Assembly: GCA_958009085.1 (NCBI GenBank)
Contig: OY253673.1
Coordinates: 1,302,001 to 1,366,000 of the forward strand
Source of the DNA: Protoeuglena noctilucae
Lineage: Eukaryota
DNA length: 64,000 bases
Reading direction: 5' to 3'
Numbering within the stretch: the first letter of the stretch is position 1; every line of letters starts with the position of its first letter. This document shows, in pieces, positions 49,915 to 62,591 of the stretch. The translations under genes were made by a program, and so were the position numbers. The notes beneath the pieces were generated by a model. It made no database searches. It saw nothing but the letters and a program-made list of their open reading frames with translations, and was not told the DNA's origin.

Positions 49915-50414
49915 ACGGGGCTGCGATGGGCGGTGTTGGCTGTAGTCACCCTGTGTGGTTGGGTGTGAGACATCAGAGTGATGCATTGCGTTCGAGCGCA
50001 GCAGTTAGCGTTCGCGTTGATGCCTGCGTCATTCAATCAGGACAGCAACGGCATGGACACACTCGCGCCCCGTGTTGTCCTCCCCACACGGACAAGGCGC
50101 CCTCCACAACACAGCATGCGATCACAAGGAACAAGCACGCACAACAACACCCTCATCCTCCGCAAACATCGTTTTGTCACGTGCACAATAACTGCCATCA
50201 CACGCTTGAATAGGATAGACACGCACAACCATGCGACAGCAGACATGATAAGGGCGGGATGCTGCAGGGGAAACATGGGTCTCTGGCAAAGGTAGCGCTC
50301 CTGAGCTGATATTATGACTACTATACAGCTGCTGACGGATCACGACATGGCCAGTCCATGGCGGATCATGAAAGGGGAGAGTCTATCACTAATGCCTGGC
50401 GAGTAGTAAACTGT

Positions 50415-52019
50415 TCACAGCTGGCTGAGCACGCTGCACGCCGTGTTGGACACTGCATTCGTGGGGCTCAATGCCGTCGTGGCCTTGCAGTACTGTGGGC
50501 ACAGAGGGCGACGGCCACAGGTGGGTCAAACGCAGCTGGCCGTGCGTAATGTCGAGGTGCTGTCGCACGGTGCTGGCAGCCCCACTCCACAGACAACCCC
50601 ACTGGACATCCATCCCCATCCTTGCGCCCCCGCACCTGGGTGCGCGTGCAGAAGCCCTGGTTGAGCCAGTCCGCCGCCGTTGTCTTGACGCAAGTGACGA
50701 AGGTCCTGCGAGCGATGGACCCACACAGGCCGAGTGGGTGCAGGGGATCCGGGCAGCGCAGGCGGTGCTCAGCTTAACGCAAAGCGCACGCACGTAGGGT
50801 CGCCGGACGCGCAGTCGCACTTGGTCGACACGCTCTGGCCTTGGTTGTCCTGCGGCGGCAAAGGAAGGTGCGTCACGGCCTGAATGCGCAAGCCCGCACA
50901 TAGCGTAACCAGCCGCTGCCACAGTCCCCCACTCACCGAGCAAGGGTTGTAGTCTCCGGTCAGGGGGTCCAGCGTCGGCGGGGCCGGCGTGGTCGCGGGG
51001 TAGGTCACTGTAAGTCCGTTCATAATCACGGAGCCTGGCGTGTTGTCCATGAGGAGCACTGGTGTCTTGACACCGCCATTCGAGAACGTCGGGGCCGTGC
51101 AGGTGAAAGCTGTCACGCCAGTAGTGGCCCCGAACGAACCCGCGTACTGAACGTTGTTGCACGTTACGCCGTCCACGGTCGCAGTGTAGCGCGCCGTGCT
51201 GGGGCCCAGGGTCCCCGCGAAGAGCAACTGGGGTTGCACTGAGCCCCCAGAGCAGGGCACCTGGTACAGGACGCCCGTGTCGAGCGTGATGAAGGAAGCA
51301 GTGCTGCCCTGGGTGGTCTTCGCGACGCAAAGTGTCCCGGACACTTCCGCAAAAGTAACGGTCGCGACAACGGAGGCGGCCGTATAAGTAGACACGTCCG
51401 TAACAGTGACCGTAACGCTGGTACGAGGAGGGACGCTGGACACGGCTCCCGGCGTGCACTCGAGGTGCGTCGCCGTCAGGGTGGAGGTGTCGACGGTGCA
51501 TGGGACACGCTGGGCAGCCACGTACGGGTCGCTCACCAGCACCTTCGTCGTCGAGCCGCTGTTGAGCGACGTGAACGCGGTCCCCGTCAGGGTGAGTACG
51601 GCGCCGCTGGCGGGGCAGGGCGTCCCGTCGCTGTTGCAGTAGGCGCTGGAGATGACGGGCAACACCTCCACCAGGAGAGGGGCACTGGCGCTCCCCGCCC
51701 CCGTGATTGAGACCGCGACTGTCACGGATGTCGACTGGGTGATGGACGAGATGGCTGTGCTCGGGTCGCACTGCAGCGAACCCCCATCGCTGCTGACGTA
51801 GGTCACGGAGCAGTTGGTGCCGCCCACGGTGACGGTGATGGCGGACGCCGTCGTTCCAAACTAGCTGCCCTGGACAGTGAGCGACGTGTCGATGGTCGTG
51901 CAGAAGCCGGTGGTCTGGTTGCAGCCCAGCGCAGAGATGGTCGGCGTCTGAGCAGAGGCCACCCCGACGGCGGCCGCCAGCAGCGCGACGGCCAGCGCCA
52001 CCGCCCGGTAGAAGGCCAT
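50415..52019 (-). pseudogene. Secreted IPT/TIG-domain, Thr/Ser/Cys-rich surface protein, 4 exons, with one in-frame TAG at 51861-51863 (nonsense allele, sequence error or readthrough)
   Basis: Signal peptide MAFYRAVALAVALLAAAVGVASA. IPT-like repeats LTVQGS*FGTTASAITVTVGGTNC and LTLTGTAF. Spliced end CTRTQ|YCKATTALSPTNAVSNTACSVLSQL-TGA. Confidence 0.65.
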
Positions 52020-52550
52020 GGTGCGCGTGTGTGGTCCTGCGGGGGCCACGATGGGGCTAGCGGTGACGGGATGGCCACGATAACTGTCAGTACGACTGTT
52101 GGCACTCACGAGCCATTTCCGGACTCGCGACGCCCGCGAACGACGAATGATGATATTTGGCATGGACTGGCCGCGCGCAAATTTCCTTAAACAGCTTGAG
52201 GCGCGCGAGGGCCGATGCATTGGCGAGCGGGTCCTGTTACAGCCCCGCTGGCTCAGAGACTCGACGCAGCGGCACACGGCGCGCTATAACAGACTCATGG
52301 AAAAGAACAGAGCAGTTAGACTCACCTGTGAACGTGAAATGCCCACCGTACTCGCACGTCCGCGTTCCACCTACCCGAGCGCGCCAGAAAAAGGCTTAAC
52401 CACCGATCCGGTGCAGGCGAGACAGGTGCGGATGCCGGAGAAGCATGGTATGGCTTTGCTTTCACGAGCCAGCAGGCGTCCTGGCAGTTTGGAATGCCCC
52501 ATGAGAAACGTCAGTGACGGTCACATGCCGCCCTACAGATCGCAGGCTCG

Positions 52551-55500
52551 TCAGCGCGAATCGAGCTGTCCCATAACCCTCCCCGCCACGACCCACTCCG
52601 CGAAGCTCGCCTCCCGCGCCACGTCCTGCACCGGCGCCATGTCCTGCTCCCCGACGTGCCCGCGGTCGTCACGAAAGTCGAAAAGCACCGGACCACCGTG
52701 CGCATCCCCATCCGTGGCGCACGCGCGCGCCCGGGCCACCCACCTGCGAGGCACCCGACCCGGCAAGCGCTCCATCTACGCGTGACGCCCGCGCCGCACC
52801 CGGCAAGCCCTCTCTCTCCCGACCCCCGCACCGTGGTGCCTGCCTGCGCTCCCATCCCAACCCCACCTGAGGATGCCTGAGACGTCGACATGCTCGTCCA
52901 GCAGTCCCCCCGTGACCAGCACGGGCGGCCACGGCTGCCCCAGTCGCCCTTCGGCGTCGCGGCGAGTGGTGGGCGAGGACGGGAGGTTCCAATAGGGGCA
53001 GCATGCCATGATGCTCCGGATGCCCTGCGCGCGAGCCAGCGTTGTTACGTGTTCACCCCGATGGAATGAGCGAGGAGGCAAGTACGGGCGTGGGCGACCC
53101 ACACATGTCACATAAACGCACGACTCACCTCGGGCGTGGCGGGGTCTCCCCACTCGTCCCTCTCGAGCAGTTCCAGGAGGCCTCGCCGCAGCGCCATGGA
53201 TCCCAGGACGTCCACAAAAGGGCACTGCGCCACCACGCCAGCCACCAGCGCCGGCCGCGCGTTCTGCAATCACTGCGAGTCCGTCAACAACAGGCGCGGG
53301 GCTACCGAGCTGCCATCCATCCCTTCAGCGCCCACCGCTGCCGTCGCAGCAGCACTCACGAGCACGCTGCCCGCCACCACGCCACCCGCGCTCTCCGCCC
53401 TCAGCACCACGCGCCCGGCCGGCGCGACCCCCGCCGTCTGCAGATGCTCCAGGCACGCGATGGCGTCGCTCACGGATGTCCCCTTGTTCCCCTCCCTCCC
53501 CGCCCGGTGCCATCCCCGGCCCTTCTCCCCGCCCCCTCTGACATGCAGCTGCGCCAGCACCCAGCCCCGCTGCAGCATCGGGCCCCACTCCGGGCGATGG
53601 TCGGCGTGGAGCGAGTGGCCGTAGGCGCCGTACACCTCGGCTGCGGCGGCAGGGGAGGGGGCGCATCAGAGAGCTCCCAGGGCAACATGTCAACAGACCA
53701 CGCTTGCTGACACGTTGCCAACCAGAGTGCAGCCCCAATGGCAACCCACCAATGCACCCTGGGGCGTCCACGCCCCGCACCCCCGCCTTCCTCGCCACCG
53801 TGATGGGCACTCGCACGCCATCCGAGCTGACGGCGTGCGAAGCGATCCACTCCAAACCCTGGGGACGCGCGAGTCTAACGATGGGCCGCCTGCCCTAACC
53901 ACAGCCATACCCGCCGCCGCAACAGCGCCTGTGCCACCTCTTGCGCCTCGCCTGGGAGTCTGGGGCGGGCAGCTCTCGTATCGACAGGCGGTAGGCGGGA
54001 TCTCTGAAACATCGGGCAAGGTCGATGTCCACGGGGGTGTCCGGGTGAACGGGGGAGGCCAGCACCAGGCGCAGGTGGGTCTTGCCCAGGTTCGCGCCCC
54101 CACGCACTGAGGCGGCCCAGGCGGGGAGCGGGAGGTCCAGGGGCGCGGGCGAGGCCGCGTCCATGTCCAGCACTGCGGCGGGAGGGTGCGGGCGTGTCGA
54201 GGGCCTTTGCAGCGGGGCGATTGCCTGGCGCTAGGGAAAGCGACCTTCGACAGGCCCGCAACTCACGGGACACGCCCGGGCGCCCGTCCCGCCGCTCCAT
54301 GAGCACGAGGCAGCTGCCGATAAGGTCCATGTCCTCGACGCTGACCCCCGGACGCTGAGGCACCAGTGGCCGCCATGCCTCCTGCCCCGGTCGTGCCACG
54401 TCTGCCACCATCACCGCGTAGTCCTCCGCGCCGCCCGCGTTTGTGAGGATCGCGAGGCGGCCCCGGTGGTGCTGCACGAAGTACTCCAGCCCCGCGGTGC
54501 GGCCCTGCACCAGTGCTGGGTCGGAGACGGGGCGGGCCGCGTCTAGCAGGTGCACCTCGCTCGAGGAGCGGCTGTTGCTGTTGATGATCACAAAGGCATG
54601 GTCCTTGGAGCCTGCGGAGAGGATAAGAGGGTTCGGATCGGCCGCGGCGGGGTGCAGCGCGGCGTCTCGCTGCGACGTCACGACGCTCGCCTGCCACCTC
54701 GACCACGCAGCCCTCGCAGTCCTCGATATGGACGCACACGTCCTGCGAATGCGCATTCCCGATCTCGTGCACGAAGACCTCCCGCGGCGCCCCGGCGTCG
54801 TCCGGCCGCGCGTACACCACGAATTGCGAGTCATGGGAGAAAGCCACGCTGGACGCGGGCACCTCCGGACCCTCCCCGACGCGCTTCCCGGCCGCGATGT
54901 CTCGGATTGACAGCACAAAACCCCCGGCCGCGTTCCTGGCCGTGCGCAGGAACGCGGCCAGCCTGTGGTCGGGGCTGACGACCAGCGCCTTAATGCCCAC
55001 CGCGTCGTCCGCACCGCCGACCTCACCCAGGTCTAGCACCACCTGCAGCACATGAAGACCCGCAGTCGATTGAAGGGTCATCTGGGCTCATGCGCGCGTC
55101 CCTGGTGGGCAGGGCCTCGCTTCGTACCTCTTCGTGCTGCGGGTCCGCGACCCGTCTCCGCTTGTACACCAGCGGCCTCTCCGGGACGTCCTCAACGAAG
55201 TAGACAAAGTCCCCCACTCTTTCTGGGAAATGGGTTCCACTGACGCCCTCCGCCCCTCGCATCTCCTGCATGTACGCCTCCTCGCTTGTCGCAAAGGCCG
55301 TGCGCACCTGCAAGTGATTCACAGGCGCCTTTGAGCATCACGAACTGGACTTCTGATTTTGAACATGACTGTCCATCCGTCACCTTCTCGAAATATGCCT
55401 TTTCGGCTCGCAGTGCGGCGGCGAGAGTCCGGTTGCGCTCGAACATCCACTTGTACTCGTCCACCCACCGCCTGCCGCCCGCCTCCACGGTGTCTTTCCT

Positions 55501-55772
55501 TCCCTGCATGAAGAAGGCAGAGGCGGTCACATCGCTGCGAAAGCGCCCCCAGGGACGGCGGGGAGATGCTGGGGACTGTTGCGCACCTCGTACATCGGCG
55601 CTCCCGAGGGCGATGCGCTGACGGACTTGACGGACTTCGCCCATGGCATCCAAGCAAAACGTCTGCGCGCCGCATCCGCGCCCATCGTCTCCCCTCGCGC
55701 CCCGGCATCGCCCAGGGTGTGCGCGATGCCTCCCGCGCAGCCGCGGACGAGACGGCGGACAGCCCAGGGCAT
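52551..55772 (-). CDS. Prolyl oligopeptidase family S9A (oligopeptidase B/protease II-like), ~11 exons
   Basis: Motifs DEYKWM...AEKAYF, beta-propeller (SPDHRLAAF, NSNSRSSSEVHLLD), VYGAYG, HVRGGGEKGRGWH, nucleophile AESAGG, PFVDVL, EWGDP, Asp in GLLDEHV, His in DRGHVG. Confidence 0.88.
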
Positions 55773-56207
55773 TGTCCGCGTCCGTCGAACAGATATCTCG
55801 CTCTCAGCGCTGCATGGAGCGCGAAAACCTCGTGGCAGAAGCACAGGGCTTCAGCAATGCCAAGCCCTCCCTCCACACAACTCCCTTCCACGCGTACCTG
55901 CTTTCAGTCGCCCCGTCTCTCCGACAGCAATCTCTGACGCGATGCCCATGCTCAGTTCAAAAACGTCGAGACCAGCACCCGGCCAGACCTCGCCGCTGTC
56001 AGCAGGTCAAAACACAACGTGGCAAATCGGCACACTCCGGGAAAATGTGGCCCGGGAGAAACGCAAGGCAAGCACTTTTGCGTCAAGCAACACCCTCGGA
56101 CGGGCCCACTGCCCCATCCCCCTCCCCCCCAGCGCCGCCCGCCCCCACCGCCCTCGCGGCAACCGGCGGGCCGCGCCCCTCCGCAACCCCCGGCCCCATT
56201 CCGGGGC

Positions 56208-58678
56208 TCAGAGCTCGTCGTGGACGGTCTGGTGCTGGAGGATGAAGGACTTGAAGGCCTCGAGGGTGCGGTCGCCCTCGTAGAGCACCACGTCGCCCGT
56301 CGCCCCCTCCACGAAGTAGATGGTCGGGAAGCCCGTGACGGTGAACTTGCGGTTCGTGACGTCGTTGACCGTCGCGTCCATCTTGGCCACTACCACGTTG
56401 GTCTCCTTGTTGGCCCACCGCGCCACGTCCTCGTACGTCGGCGCGAGGTTCTTGCAGTGGCCGCACCTGCACGGCCAAAAGGGTTGTACAAGTAAGAAAA
56501 AGGAAGATTAAAGCTAGCAGCGGTGTGGGGAGCGAGCGGCGGTGCGCAGTGGTACAGGTGGCGAGCTCTTCGCAAGTCATGCCACCGACGTCGGCAAGTG
56601 TGTCGTGTGCCCATGACCACCCCCCTCGGCTCCCCGGCCAGTCCACTCGCTCACCAGGGCGCGTAGAACTCGATCATGACGTCCTTGCCGCCCATGACCT
56701 CCTCCTCGAACGTAGAGGCCACGATCACACGCACGGGGCCGTCGTTGGACGTAGGGACCGGCTCCGACTTGATATGGGCCTCCAGGGTGCCGTCGATGAC
56801 CCCGCGGGCGAAGGTCTCGATCGCCGCCGCCGTCACGGCCGCGCGGGGGGCGCCGATGAACTTCTGGTCGGTCGCGGGGTTGTGCGCGGCCACGACCGGC
56901 ATGTCGCCCTTCTCAACACCAAAGAAGCCCGCGGCGCGCTCGCCCTCGGCGAAGTTGGCGCCGATGACGTCCGCCTGGCCGTCGAGAGCGCGGGAGGCGG
57001 CGATCACGGCGGCCTTGGTCGCGTCGCTCCAGTCAACCGTGAAGACGATGATCTTGGGGTTGGTGTTGCCGAAGACGCGCTGCAGCGGGACCTCTGCGGG
57101 ACATAAGAGGAGGTGGGGAAAGGGATATGGAATGCAGTTGAGGAAGGGCCGGGTGAGGGCGCTCGGGCGAGGGCACGGGGGAGTCACAAGCAAGGCGCAC
57201 AGATCCGGCCAGGCACAGACATTGACAGGCGCACGCAGGTGGCCCCTCGTAAGCAGCTGTCGTACCGTAGATGGGGTCGGGGCTGAGCATGACGAGGGCG
57301 GGGATGGCGGCGTCCTGGACGAAGTTGGAGAGCACTTCGGCATCGTCAAAAGGCCCAGAGAACGTGACGACGGGGTCATCGAACGACCGCACCACCACGA
57401 TGGGCGCGCCCCCGTGATTCATATTCTTGGGGAGCTGGGCGTGCGAGTCGACGTGCGCGAACTTGTACGGGCCCGAGCGCAGGTCATCTGCGGGCGAAGG
57501 AAGCCACAGGCGATCGCGAAGGCACTCATGACACGCGAAAGCTGCTGGCCACCGCAGCCCCGCTGGCAGTGGTGGCTCAGGACGCAGACGGCGCCGACGA
57601 TCGCATCAAGACGCACCTGCCACGATGTTGTGCGCCTCGAGGGCAGCGGTGCCCACGGCAAAGACGACCACTGCGTGCTTGTCGATGAGCTTCTCCGCCT
57701 CTGCAGCCGAGGAGACCTTCAGGGACGCGGGGCCCGCGAGAGACGTCAGGTACTGCGAGCAGTAGCGGGGTCGGATCGCGCGGGAGGCGCGGCGACGGCG
57801 CGCGGAGGCGTGCGCGATGCCCGAGGGCCCACCTGCACGATCCCAGCGGCATCGCGCGGCCCGGCGTACTCCTGCGCATCGTTGACGTTGCCCTTACGGA
57901 AGATCTTGATCGTGGGGTACCCGCGGACGCCGTACTTGGTCGCCAGGCCCGTCTCGGCCGTGGCGTCCACCGCGGCCAGCTTCACCTCCACCGCGAGCTC
58001 CTCCGGCGGATCGTTGGCGAAGGTCTCCGCGGCAGACTTCCACTCGGGCTCCAGGCGCTTGCAGTGCCCGCACCAAGGCGCAAAGAACTCCACCGCGATG
58101 AAATCGGAACTCCCAACAACCTGGGGGCAGGGGCCGGCGCGGGAGGGTCCCGGGGGCACGCTGTGCGACGCCGGAGGCACAGCGGCTCCATCTGCATCGA
58201 CACGGCTGGTATGGAGCGGGTGAAAAGCGCGGCGCGGCTTCCCAGCGGCGCGCGCGACACCAGCCTCGAGGCCGCCCCGCAGCGCCGCGAGCGAGGCCCC
58301 CGGGAATCCAGGGACTTCACCCCAGGCTCGCGGAGAATCAAACACGATGCACCGTGTGCACCGCGAGCCGTGCGGCCCCCCCAGCGCGCGAATTCTGCGT
58401 CGCCAGTCCCAGGGCGACGGTCCCCGGCGCTCCGTGCCCGGATAGCGAGATCCCGCCCAGTGCATCATAAGCACATCCAGACGGTCGGATTCGTCGGGGC
58501 CAAAGCGCTGGAACGGCGCCGGGGGCCTGGTCCGAGTTGGTCCGCACCCCAGCCCCAGCCGATCCCGACCCACCTGGTTGAAATTGCTCTGGGTAAGCGT
58601 AATCACGCTCGCGTGCGCCACCAGCGCCCCCGCCAGCGCGAGGAGCAGCGCGGTAGCGAAGCCTCGCGACAGCTTCAT
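56208..58678 (-). CDS. PDI: Protein disulfide isomerase (a-b-b'-a'), 6 exons
   Basis: Signal peptide, two APWCGHCK active sites (the second split by an intron), GYPTI and GFPTI, IKSEPVP, C-terminal HDEL. Confidence 0.95.
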
Positions 58679-58803
58679 GGTTTCCGCAGCTCAGCGCCCC
58701 GCCTACGCGCGCAGTCAGATGAGGGGAGCGCGGACTCTGGACGCGGGGGCCTAGCGTCGCCCTCCTTGGCGCCCGCTAACCCCGGTTTCGCTGTCAGAGA
58801 ACT

Positions 58804-61443
58804 TCAGACACGCGAGGTGTGCGCCAAGTCGTATTTTGCACGCCTGTCCGGCTCCGAGAGTTCCTCGTATGCCGCCTGGATCCGCCGGTAGGTCTCTCGC
58901 GACTCCTGCGGGCCCGTGTTGCCTGGTTACGCGGCACGCTCCGAGCTCGTCGCCACTGATCCCCCCCACGGCGCCGGCGCTCACCTGCCGCTCCTGCTCG
59001 GTCTTCCCCTGCGTCTTGTCGGGATGGTGCGCCAAGCTGAGCGCGCGGAAGGCCTTGCGGATGTCCTGGGCCGTCGCTGACACGGGCATGCCCAGCGTCT
59101 TGTACAGCCACCCGCTCGTCTCCGTCCACTCCCCGCCGTCGCTGTCTCGCTCGCCTCGCGCCACCATGGCCGCTGCGGGCGGGCCCACGTCGGCTGCGCC
59201 TCGTACCAAGCACTCGAGACCGCATCTTCCATTCCAAGCTCTGTCGCCACCACTCACCGAGCTCCGCCACCATTGCCTCGATCTCTTCGTCCGCTCCGAT
59301 GACCGACGCAGCCTGCAGATGCTCCAGCGCTTCCTCGTACCGACCCATCTCGCGGAGGCACGCGCCCCGGTGCCTCGCCAGGGCCAGGTCCCACGGCTCT
59401 AAGCGCCACGCGTCCTCCACCGCCCGCAACGCCTGCGGACACACGTGTTAAGACAAGGTTTAATGGTTTTCTCGCTTCCCGGCACTGTGCTGACACCAAC
59501 TCGGGCGAATGGCTGCATGGCCGTCTCGACAGTGTCACCTCCTGCACCCGTCGCTGTTGGCGGAGGCTGGTGGCCAGCGCGCACGTCACGCGCGCGAAGA
59601 GGCCCGACGCGCCCTGCCCGCACACAGCCGGAGATCCTGCGGGTGGTTGAGGAGCGAAGCATACTTGCCTATTCGCCCAATCATGGCCCGCGCACGAGTC
59701 TTGCTGCACATGTGAAACGCAACCTCAAGCCCTCACCATCGCGGCCCTTGCTTCCCGAAAGCCCATCCCAAGAACACAGGAGCCAGCAGGCGTCTTCAGC
59801 GTCCGCCCATCGCTGCTCCTCCACAGCCGCCTCGGCCTCACGCACCACGCCCGCCACATACCCAAGGTCCGCTGCCAGAGACCAGCACTTGGGCACCTCG
59901 GGATGAGCGGCCAAGACCTCCGCGGCCTCCTCCACCCGGCCGCTGCGCCACAACGCCTCCGCCTGCGCAGTGGGGCTTTTCGACATTGATAGAGAGTCCC
60001 GTCGCACTGACCTGGCCTCGGCACAGCAGGCACAGTCGTTGACCACGTCAAGGAGTCTCTTATAGGCCAAGCATACACCATTTTGTATTACCTGTAGGTA
60101 GTCTCGGTCGGGCCCTGGCAGGAGGGTCTTGCAACGCTCGAGTGCGTCGGCATACCGTCGGCACATGATGAGGGACTCGACCATCATGCAGCGGGCGCAC
60201 TCCCTGTGCAAAGCAAACCCACGCACGGCTTCGGGTGCTTTGGGAGGGTCCAGTGGGCGCCTTGCTGAGTGCAGCGCGGGCGGCAGTGACACACGCTTGG
60301 CTAGCCACGTCGCCGATGCCCTTGCCTGTCCGGCTGGGCCTTGAGCATTCCATCCGCGCTCTCCCACAACATCGCCGCGTCCTCTTCTGGCATCCCCTCC
60401 CGCGCCAGGGCCGTCCGCAGTCCCTTGGTGGCCGCGGCACGATCCGCCTTGCGCCTCGAAGCTTCGCCCTCCTCCCTCGCCCGCACCTCGCGCTCCAGCT
60501 CCGACCTGCGGGATGGTCATTTTCGTTGGCATTTGACCACACATACCATGCCATGCCATGCCAGAGGGCTCTTGTCAAAAAGGGGGCTGTGTTGGTCGCC
60601 GCACTGTCTGTCCCATCCACAGGCCTCTGCTTAAATGTTGGGGCCCCAGTGCCCCAGTCTCACCTGTCGCCCGTCTCGTCCCATGGAATGCTCTTGGCCC
60701 AGTCGCCGAGAGCGGCGCGGGCGTCGGCCGTGGCACCCATGCCAAGAAGCGCCTTCAACAGCTTGGCACGGGTCGTCGCGCAGTGCGGGCGGACGGTCGC
60801 GAGGCGGTGCAGGGACTCGGCGGCGACGCTCGCCGCACCCGCTGCCGTCGCAGCAGATGCGCGGTTCGACCAATAAGCGGCCGAGTCGGGGCAGAGGCGA
60901 ACCGCATCGGTGAAGGCCGTCAGCGCAGCGCCGAATTCGCGGCGACGGTACAGCGCTGCGCCCGCCTCGTTGCGTTCCTGCAAACGCATCGTTACACTGA
61001 TGATCGGCGCGCGTCCAGTTAGCAGCGCACGGCGCCTGGCAGCGCGGGCGGAGAGTCACGCAGGCAACGAACCTCGGCGCGGCTTTTGTCGTATTCTCCG
61101 TCCGCCCACCACGGGATGTCACGAGCGCCAGACTCCTGATCATGCGACAGCTGCGTGAAATGGATGCGCGGACTGATGGGGCACGCGCGGCGCGCGCAAT
61201 GCTGGTCGTGGCCGTTCGTGTTCCAGCCCCGGCAGCGCTCACCTGGTCGAGGTCGCACGTCAGGTCCTTGATCCTCGCCAGCAAGAACTCAACCTCCACT
61301 CTGCCGGCGCAGCCCAGCTCCTCTGCCCTTTGCTCGAGCTCGCTCAGCGCCCCATGCCTCCACGCCGTGGCCCTCCTCCCGCACTCCGCGAGATCGACGC
61401 CGAAACTCATCGGGATGCAACTTACGAGACGTTTCGCATGCAT
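58804..61443 (-). CDS. TPR-repeat plus C-terminal J-domain co-chaperone (DNAJC7-like architecture), ~8 exons
   Basis: TPR motifs (GAALYRRREFGAALTAFTDAVRLCPDSAAYWSNRA; RGACLREMGRYEEALEHL). J-domain LYKTLG...DIRKAFRALSLAHHPDK...IQAAYEELSEPDRRAKYD. Confidence 0.85.
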
Positions 61444-61776
61444 AATGTTTGCCTCGTGCCGTGTTCGTCAAGAAGGCTGGCCGGTCTTGCTGGTTTACGC
61501 CCGCAAGAGACCGTCAGTCGCCTGAGTCGGCAGATTGTGCCCAGCATTTGACACCTTCACGCGCCTCGCTGTCGGGCAGAAAGGGCACCCACTTGACAAG
61601 CTTCTGGCATCGCAAATTTTGCCGTTCGCTGCCGCCGTGTTTTAGCTTGCCTTCCCCAGGGACTCTGCGCTCGGGTGGCTCATCCCTGTGACCCACTCTA
61701 CCCGCCACGGCTTTCTTTTCTAGCGATATTGGTCATCCCATGACGCTTCTGCGCTGACGGCCGCGTGGTTGGGGCG

Positions 61777-62385
61777 ATGGCGTACCCCGGCATCTACCAG
61801 GATGGCCAGCGCCGCAGGCAGCCCCTGTTCGGGCAGGCTCAGGGGCAGATGCAGCAACAGCGTCCCGACATTGACCAAGAGGTTGGGTTGCTGCAGGCGA
61901 GAGGCGCAAGAAGTGCGCAGGGAAGCGTGTTGCCTTTGTTTTCTGCACGACACGCTCTGCCGGCTCGCTTGAAAACCTTTCCGCGTAATGTCGCAGGAGG
62001 GAGTGGACCAGCTGAAGTACATGGCGCGGGAGATTGGGGAGGAGGCGCGGCAGCAGGGTGCCGTCATCGACGCCTTGGTGCGCACTGCAAATGCTCCCGC
62101 AGCGACGCGCGCGCGCGGCGTTCGCGGCGCTCCGCATCTGCATCGTTGTAACAATTTCCTACTGCGCAGGAAGCGACGCTGGAGAAGGCGCGGGGAGCCC
62201 TGCGGCAGGGCATGCGTGGCTTGAACCGCGTGTTTGCCCAGTCTCAGTCCAACCACATGATATACCTGCTGCTCTTCGCCCTCGCGATGTTCACGCTCGT
62301 GCTGTTCTTCTCCCGCATCATCGGCATCGTGCGCTTCTTCGTCTGCATCCCCAGCGTCGTCTTCGGCTACTGCCACAAGCACTGA
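61777..62385 (+). CDS. Bet1/Sft1-like Qc-SNARE, 3 exons
   Basis: SNARE helix GVDQLKYMAREIGEEARQQGAVIDAL|EATLEKARGALRQGMRGLNR, then QSQSNHMIYLLLFALAMFTLVLFF (transmembrane). Confidence 0.85.
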
Positions 62386-62591
62386 GACACACTGGGTGCT
62401 TTGCTGCTGCCTTTGCTGCCGCCACTGTCCCACACGCCCGTCCACTTCTCTAGTTTGTCGGCCGCTCATCTAGTCGGCCTTCCTTAGCAGAGTGAAAGAG
62501 TTCACAGTGACTCCGCGCTTGCAGCTTGCCACGCCGTGCCGCTGCAAGCCCACCACACACCACCGCATGCCCCATCGCCCGCCAGGCGTCC

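Noticed and set aside
53895..53897. TAG ending ORF 53895-54173 within the peptidase gene
   Set aside because: It is removed by the GC-donor intron starting at 53951.
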